52,342 bases of DNA from Gemmatimonadales bacterium (GTDB taxonomy: Bacteria; Gemmatimonadota; Gemmatimonadetes; Gemmatimonadales; GWC2-71-9): the NCBI GenBank assembly GCA_041615815.1, contig JBFJCP010000030.1:1-52342 (forward strand), written 5' to 3'. This document shows positions 48,029 through 52,342 of this stretch, in pieces. Position 1 is the stretch's first letter. Every line of letters begins with the position of its first letter. The notes below the pieces were generated by a model. That model saw nothing but the letters and a program-made list of their open reading frames with translations. It had not been told where the DNA came from and made no database searches. A program made the translations under genes and the position numbers.

Positions 48029-48747
48029 ACCTGGTCATTGTGTTGTGCAGGACTCAGGACATCGTGAACATCGCCAGCGTCGTGCGCGCGATGAAGAACT
48101 TTGGACTGAGGGATCTCAGGCTCGTGGCGCCTGAGGAGTATGATGTGCGTCGCATCGAAGGCATCGCCCACGGATCGGGTGACGTGCTCAAGCGAGTGAC
48201 CTTTCATGAGACGCTGGACGAGGCACTGAGGGACCGCACGTACGTTGCGGGCATGACGGCGCGGCAACGAAGGGTGAAGCGGAACGCGTTGCGACCGCGG
48301 GAGGCCGTGGAGGAGATCCTCGAGGCGGCCAGTATGGGCCGGGCAGCGATTCTGCTCGGACCGGAGGATCGCGGGCTCACCAATGAAGAGCTGGATCGCT
48401 GCCATCGTACCCTCACGATTCCCACGAGTGGATATCAGGCGCTGAATCTCTCCCACGCCTTTACCATCATGGCGTACGAGCTCTTCTTGGCGCAGGGGAT
48501 ACCGCCGCTCAAAGCTCCACGACGATCCGCGTCACCGGCCACCCGCGACGATCTTGAGCTGATCTTCCGGCATGCCGAGGCTGCGCTCGACGCCATCGAG
48601 TTCTTCAAGACACACAATGCCACGGCCATCATGCGCACGGTGCGCGAAGTTGCTCATCGCACCACCCTGGACGCGAGAGAGGCCAAGCTGTTTCGAGCGA
48701 TGTGCATCGAGGTCGTGAAGTACCTCGAGCGGGTCGGTGTGCGGTGA
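48025..48747 (+). CDS. trmJ: TrmJ/LasT-family SPOUT RNA methyltransferase
   Basis: NIASVVRAMKNFG, GMTAR, LGPEDRGLTNEEL, ALNLSHA. GGAGG RBS, GTGA overlap. Confidence 0.85.
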   Translation: MNLVIVLCRTQDIVNIASVVRAMKNFGLRDLRLVAPEEYDVRRIEGIAHGSGDVLKRVTFHETLDEALRDRTYVAGMTARQRRVKRNALRPREAVEEILEAASMGRAAILLGPEDRGLTNEELDRCHRTLTIPTSGYQALNLSHAFTIMAYELFLAQGIPPLKAPRRSASPATRDDLELIFRHAEAALDAIEFFKTHNATAIMRTVREVAHRTTLDAREAKLFRAMCIEVVKYLERVGVR

Positions 48748-49892
48748 TCCCAGGTTTCACGTCCACCGGGAGCAAGCGACCCGAGGCGCTGTTTGGGGAC
48801 CCCGCTGCACAACCGGCACACATGAGTCGCGCCGAAGGCTGCCGGGTGTGGGGGGTCGATGGCCGCGTCTATCTCGACACGATCATGGCCCTGGGGGCGG
48901 TGGGGCTCGGCTACGCGCACCCCAACGTGGTGGCAGCGGCGGAACGCGCCATCCGAGACGGCACGGTTGGATCCCTGGCCCCAGCGCTCGAAGCGGAGGT
49001 GGCGGACCGGGTGCGGGCCGCGTTCCCGATGGCGGAAGGCGTGCGCTTCTTTAAGACGGGGGCTGAAGCCGCCGCCGCGGCCGTGCGAATCGCCCGGGTC
49101 GTGACCGGGCGCGATCATGTCGTTCGGTGCGGTTACCATGGGTGGCTCGACTGGTGTAGCAGGGGCGCGGGTGTGCCGTCCGTGGTTGCGGAGCTCACCA
49201 CGGCGGTGCCGTTCAACGACCCCGGAGCACTCGAAGCCGCCGTGGAGCGTGCGCCCACGGCGGCGATCGTGTTGGAGCCGGTGGTGGAGGCCCTGCCATC
49301 CCCGGCCTGGCTCGAGCGCGCGCGAGCACTGGCGTCCCGGGCGGGTGCCGTGCTCGTGTTCGATGAGATCAAGACGGCATTCCGCCTGGCCCGTGGTGGT
49401 GTGGCGGAACGGTACGGAATCGTGCCGGATCTGATGATCCTCGGGAAGGCAATGGGAAACGGATTCCCCATTGCAGCGGTGGGTGGCCGTCGGGATGTCA
49501 TGGACGGGGCTGCAAAGACGTGGATCTCTTCGACGCTCGCCACCGAGTATGTGAGTCTTGCGGCGTGTCGGGCGGTGCTCGAGATCTACCAGGATCGGGA
49601 CGTCCCCCGGCACTTGGAACGGGTTGGAACAATGTTGTTCGACGGCATGCGGCGCCTGGCGCGCGCTCATACCAGCGTGATCGCCGACGTGCGGGGGATC
49701 CCGCAGATGAGCTTCTTCACGTGGAAGACGGAGGAACACGGCGCGAGGGTGGCGCGAGAAATGGCCGAGCGAGGCGTGTTGTTCAAGCGGAATGCGTACA
49801 ACTTCGTCTCCTGGGCCCATACGGAGGAACTTGTCGGGACGGTCCTCGATCGTCTCGAGGACTCGCTGCACGAGGTGGTGCGGGCGTGCTGA
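48744..49892 (+). CDS. Class III PLP-dependent aminotransferase (GSA-aminomutase-like)
   Basis: EGCRVWGVDGRVYLD, KTGAEA, CGYHGW, FDEIKTAFR, LGKAMGNG (PLP Lys), SSTL. Confidence 0.9.
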   Translation: MIPGFTSTGSKRPEALFGDPAAQPAHMSRAEGCRVWGVDGRVYLDTIMALGAVGLGYAHPNVVAAAERAIRDGTVGSLAPALEAEVADRVRAAFPMAEGVRFFKTGAEAAAAAVRIARVVTGRDHVVRCGYHGWLDWCSRGAGVPSVVAELTTAVPFNDPGALEAAVERAPTAAIVLEPVVEALPSPAWLERARALASRAGAVLVFDEIKTAFRLARGGVAERYGIVPDLMILGKAMGNGFPIAAVGGRRDVMDGAAKTWISSTLATEYVSLAACRAVLEIYQDRDVPRHLERVGTMLFDGMRRLARAHTSVIADVRGIPQMSFFTWKTEEHGARVAREMAERGVLFKRNAYNFVSWAHTEELVGTVLDRLEDSLHEVVRAC

Positions 49893-50692
49893 TCGACGTC
49901 CATGCCCATTTCTACACGCCGCAGTCCAGCCGAGCGGATTGGGACGCCCTCAACGCGGCACGACTCGCCGCGGGACGTCGCATGGGAATCACCGCGCACG
50001 TGGCATCCATCCTTGGGACCTGGGGACGGCGTTCCCCCACGTACTTTCCCTCGCCACCGGATGTCGAGCACGCCAACGACGCGATGCTCGCGCTGCAACA
50101 AGAGCACGGTGGGCTCGTGTACGGCTACTGCGTCGTCAATCCCAACTACACGCGCCACACTCTCGAGGAGATCGAGCGCCGGATTGGCGCCGGCATGATC
50201 GGGGTGAAGTTAGCGGCGAGTCGCCGTGCCAATGACCCGTTGCTCGACCCGGTGGCCGAGTTGGCCGGCCAGCTCGACGTGCCCATTCTCCACCACGTCT
50301 GGCAGCACCGCCGGCAGGACTGGCCGGGGCAAGAGGCGTCCGACGGCGCGGAGCTGGGCGAGCTGGCCACGCGGCATCCGGGCACGCGCTTCATCCTCGC
50401 GCATCTCGGTGGAGGAGGGGACTGGCGGCACACGCTCCGCGTCATCCCGAGCGTAGCAAACGTGTGGATCGACCTTTCCGGCAGCGGCGTGGATGTGGAC
50501 ATGATCGAGCACGCGCTCGCCGCCCTCGGGGCGCCGCGTCTCCTGTGGGGAGCGGATCTCACGCTCGACACCGGATGGGCGAAGCTCCGATATCTCGAGT
50601 CTCTGGGTGTTCCGCACCAGGATCTCGAGGCGATCCGGTACGCCAACGCCAGAGCCATCTTTCCCGCTGGAGCCTTCGATGGGGGTCACTGA
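49886..50692 (+). CDS. Amidohydrolase_2 family TIM-barrel metallohydrolase
   Basis: IDVHAH, GVKL, ILHH, LAHLGG, WGAD. Confidence 0.88.
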   Translation: MLIDVHAHFYTPQSSRADWDALNAARLAAGRRMGITAHVASILGTWGRRSPTYFPSPPDVEHANDAMLALQQEHGGLVYGYCVVNPNYTRHTLEEIERRIGAGMIGVKLAASRRANDPLLDPVAELAGQLDVPILHHVWQHRRQDWPGQEASDGAELGELATRHPGTRFILAHLGGGGDWRHTLRVIPSVANVWIDLSGSGVDVDMIEHALAALGAPRLLWGADLTLDTGWAKLRYLESLGVPHQDLEAIRYANARAIFPAGAFDGGH

Positions 50693-51461
50693 TGTCGCAG
50701 TGTTCGTCGGCGCCTACCCCTACCGGTCGCTCACGCATGACGACCCGGCGTGGGTCGTGTCCCAGATGGACCGGCTCGGGATCGAGCGGGCGTGGGTCAG
50801 TCATTTCCCCTCGCTGCTGCTGACGGACCCCGCATCGGGAACGCGAGCACTCCGGGATCTCGTGGCACCATACGACGAGCGACTTTTCCCTGTTCCCATC
50901 CTCAACCCGGCATCGCCCACCTGGAGGCACGATCTCCAAGACGCAAAGGCCGCGCAGCCACCGGCCGTGCGCCTCATGCCGCAATATCACGGGGTGGATC
51001 CCGCCGGTCCGTTGATGCGAGAGGTGGTCGCGACCATGGCAACGCTCGGCCTGCCTCTCCTGCTGACCGTGCGCCTCGAGGACGCACGCCAGCGGCATCC
51101 CTCGGATACTGCGCTCGACCTTCCGGCCGCGGCGGTGCGCGCGCTCATGCGGGTGGATTCGTCGCTGCGCTGCATCGTGACCCATGCAGATCGCTCGTAC
51201 GTGGAAGAAGTGCACTTTGGGCTCACGCCGGCCGAAGCCGCACGCGTCCTGTGGGACATCTCGTGGATCTGGGGGCCACCGGAAAATCACCTCGCCTTGG
51301 TCCTCGATACGGTCGGAGCTGATCGCTTCGTGCTGGGAACCGGCATGCCGCTACGCATTCCCGATACCCCGTTCGCCAAGCTGGACTTACTCGAGGTCGC
51401 GGGTGACGTGCGACGCGGTATTCTGAGTGGGAACCTCCTGCGGTGGCTGGGGCCACAGTGA
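50679..51461 (+). CDS. Amidohydrolase_2-fold protein lacking most metal ligands
   Basis: MDRLGIERA, PVPILNP, VRLMPQYHG, GADRFVLGTGMP. The HxH position reads AVF. GGAG RBS. Confidence 0.75.
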   Translation: MGVTDVAVFVGAYPYRSLTHDDPAWVVSQMDRLGIERAWVSHFPSLLLTDPASGTRALRDLVAPYDERLFPVPILNPASPTWRHDLQDAKAAQPPAVRLMPQYHGVDPAGPLMREVVATMATLGLPLLLTVRLEDARQRHPSDTALDLPAAAVRALMRVDSSLRCIVTHADRSYVEEVHFGLTPAEAARVLWDISWIWGPPENHLALVLDTVGADRFVLGTGMPLRIPDTPFAKLDLLEVAGDVRRGILSGNLLRWLGPQ

Positions 51462-52342
51462 GCGTGGCGTTGATCGCTCAGCTCAGACAACAGGTGATTC
51501 CTGCCGTGCCGGTGCCGTACCGCGACGAGCACGCGATCGACACCGACGCGCAACGCACGTATGTGCGGTGGATGGCCCACCAGGGGGTGCCGGGCGTGGC
51601 CGTGTGGGCGCACACCGGACGGGGTCTGCTGTTGACCGAGGAGCGTCGCGGCGACGTGCTCACGGCATGGCGGCGCGACGCCCCCGAGTTGTTGATCGTC
51701 TGTGGCGTGGGCGTGCCGCACGATGTGGAGCTCCCCACGCAAGCGCGTGCTCGCACGGACGCCGCGATCGCGGCGACTGTCCGCCTGGCCGAGGCGGCGA
51801 AGCGGGGAGGCGCCGCCGCGGTCATGATCCATCCACCCACCGCGCTGCGCGAGCTCGAGGGGCTGGACGACCGGATCGTGGCGCTGCATCGTGCGGTCGC
51901 CGACGTTGGACTCCCCACCATCGCATTCTATCTGTATGACGCGGCGGGAGGTGTCGGCTATCCGGATACGGTGTTGGAACGGCTGCTCGGACTCGACCGC
52001 GTCATCGGGATCAAGGTGGCCACGCTCGACAGCGTCGTGACCTTCCAACGGGTGGCCTCTGTCGTTCAACGGTTTCCGGATGCCTTACTGATCACGGGGG
52101 AAGATCGTTTTCTCGGATACTCCCTCATGCTCGGCGCTCACGCGGCGTTGGTGGGCATCGCGGCCGTGTGCACAGACGTGATCGCGGCGCTGCTCGCCGC
52201 CTGGTACCGTCGCGACCTGGACCGTTTCGTTGCCCTCTCCGCGCAGATCGACCGGTTCGGTGCCGCCACATTCGCCGCACCGGTCGAGGGCTACCCGCAG
52301 CGCCTCCTTCAGGTGTTGGTCGACGATGGGGTTCTCGACCAC
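51458..52342 (+). CDS. DHDPS/N-acetylneuraminate-lyase family aldolase, truncated by the window end (absent from the ORF track)
   Basis: Manual translation from GTG 51458: VIPAVPVPY, VAVWAHTGRG, FYLY, GIKVATLD (Schiff-base Lys), ITGEDRF. No stop before 52342. Confidence 0.88.
   Translation, partial: MSVALIAQLRQQVIPAVPVPYRDEHAIDTDAQRTYVRWMAHQGVPGVAVWAHTGRGLLLTEERRGDVLTAWRRDAPELLIVCGVGVPHDVELPTQARARTDAAIAATVRLAEAAKRGGAAAVMIHPPTALRELEGLDDRIVALHRAVADVGLPTIAFYLYDAAGGVGYPDTVLERLLGLDRVIGIKVATLDSVVTFQRVASVVQRFPDALLITGEDRFLGYSLMLGAHAALVGIAAVCTDVIAALLAAWYRRDLDRFVALSAQIDRFGAATFAAPVEGYPQRLLQVLVDDGVLDH

Noticed and set aside
48744..49892. Calling the aminotransferase hemL
   Set aside because: It is shorter than typical HemL, lacks the usual PGGVNSPVR N-terminal motif, and has no tetrapyrrole genes nearby.
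52085..52342. 85-aa minus-strand ORF at the right edge
   Set aside because: It is antisense to the DHDPS-family gene, which is open on the plus strand.
1..52342. Prophage, insertion sequence, anti-phage defence system or secondary-metabolite cluster
   Set aside because: No integrase, transposase, nuclease, reverse transcriptase, phage structural, NRPS/PKS or precursor-peptide signature was recognised, and composition looks uniform by eye.

Overview
High-GC bacterial chromosome segment, gene-dense, with about 35 CDS. I found no rRNA, tRNA, CRISPR array, transposase or integrase. A SusC/SusD pair together with several Hanks-type Ser/Thr kinases (one with a TolB-like/TPR C-terminus) suggests Gemmatimonadota; this is inference only. 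Left to right: (1) the 3' part of a PIG-L/NEW3/GATase-like gene followed by an Fbp/Afu-type ABC importer and an MFS transporter; (2) a kinase-TPR gene, two secreted metallohydrolases, an alpha/beta hydrolase, a small kinase and a DUF4332-like membrane protein; (3) an ABC-2 exporter and a TetR-TolC-MFP-RND efflux operon with three tandem palindromic operators; (4) a nitrilase-family gene whose catalytic Lys position is Met; (5) susC/susD with a promoter and terminator; (6) a candidate signalling locus: an apparently inactive NfeD-like fusion and a pseudokinase-kinase tandem, divergent from a quinone oxidoreductase and an FHA-FHA-TM-coiled-coil-trypsin protease; (7) a 15 kb putative glycan/amino-sugar utilisation locus (GPH transporter, GH38, Opp-type ABC without ATPases, GHMP kinase, heparinase II/III-like lyase, TrmJ, class III aminotransferase, an active/degenerate amidohydrolase pair and an atypical DHDPS-family aldolase) running off the right end. 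Several intergenic regions carry a degenerate 8-bp-periodic purine-rich/pyrimidine-rich element, and several first genes look leaderless. All calls come from reading motifs by eye; no searches were run.
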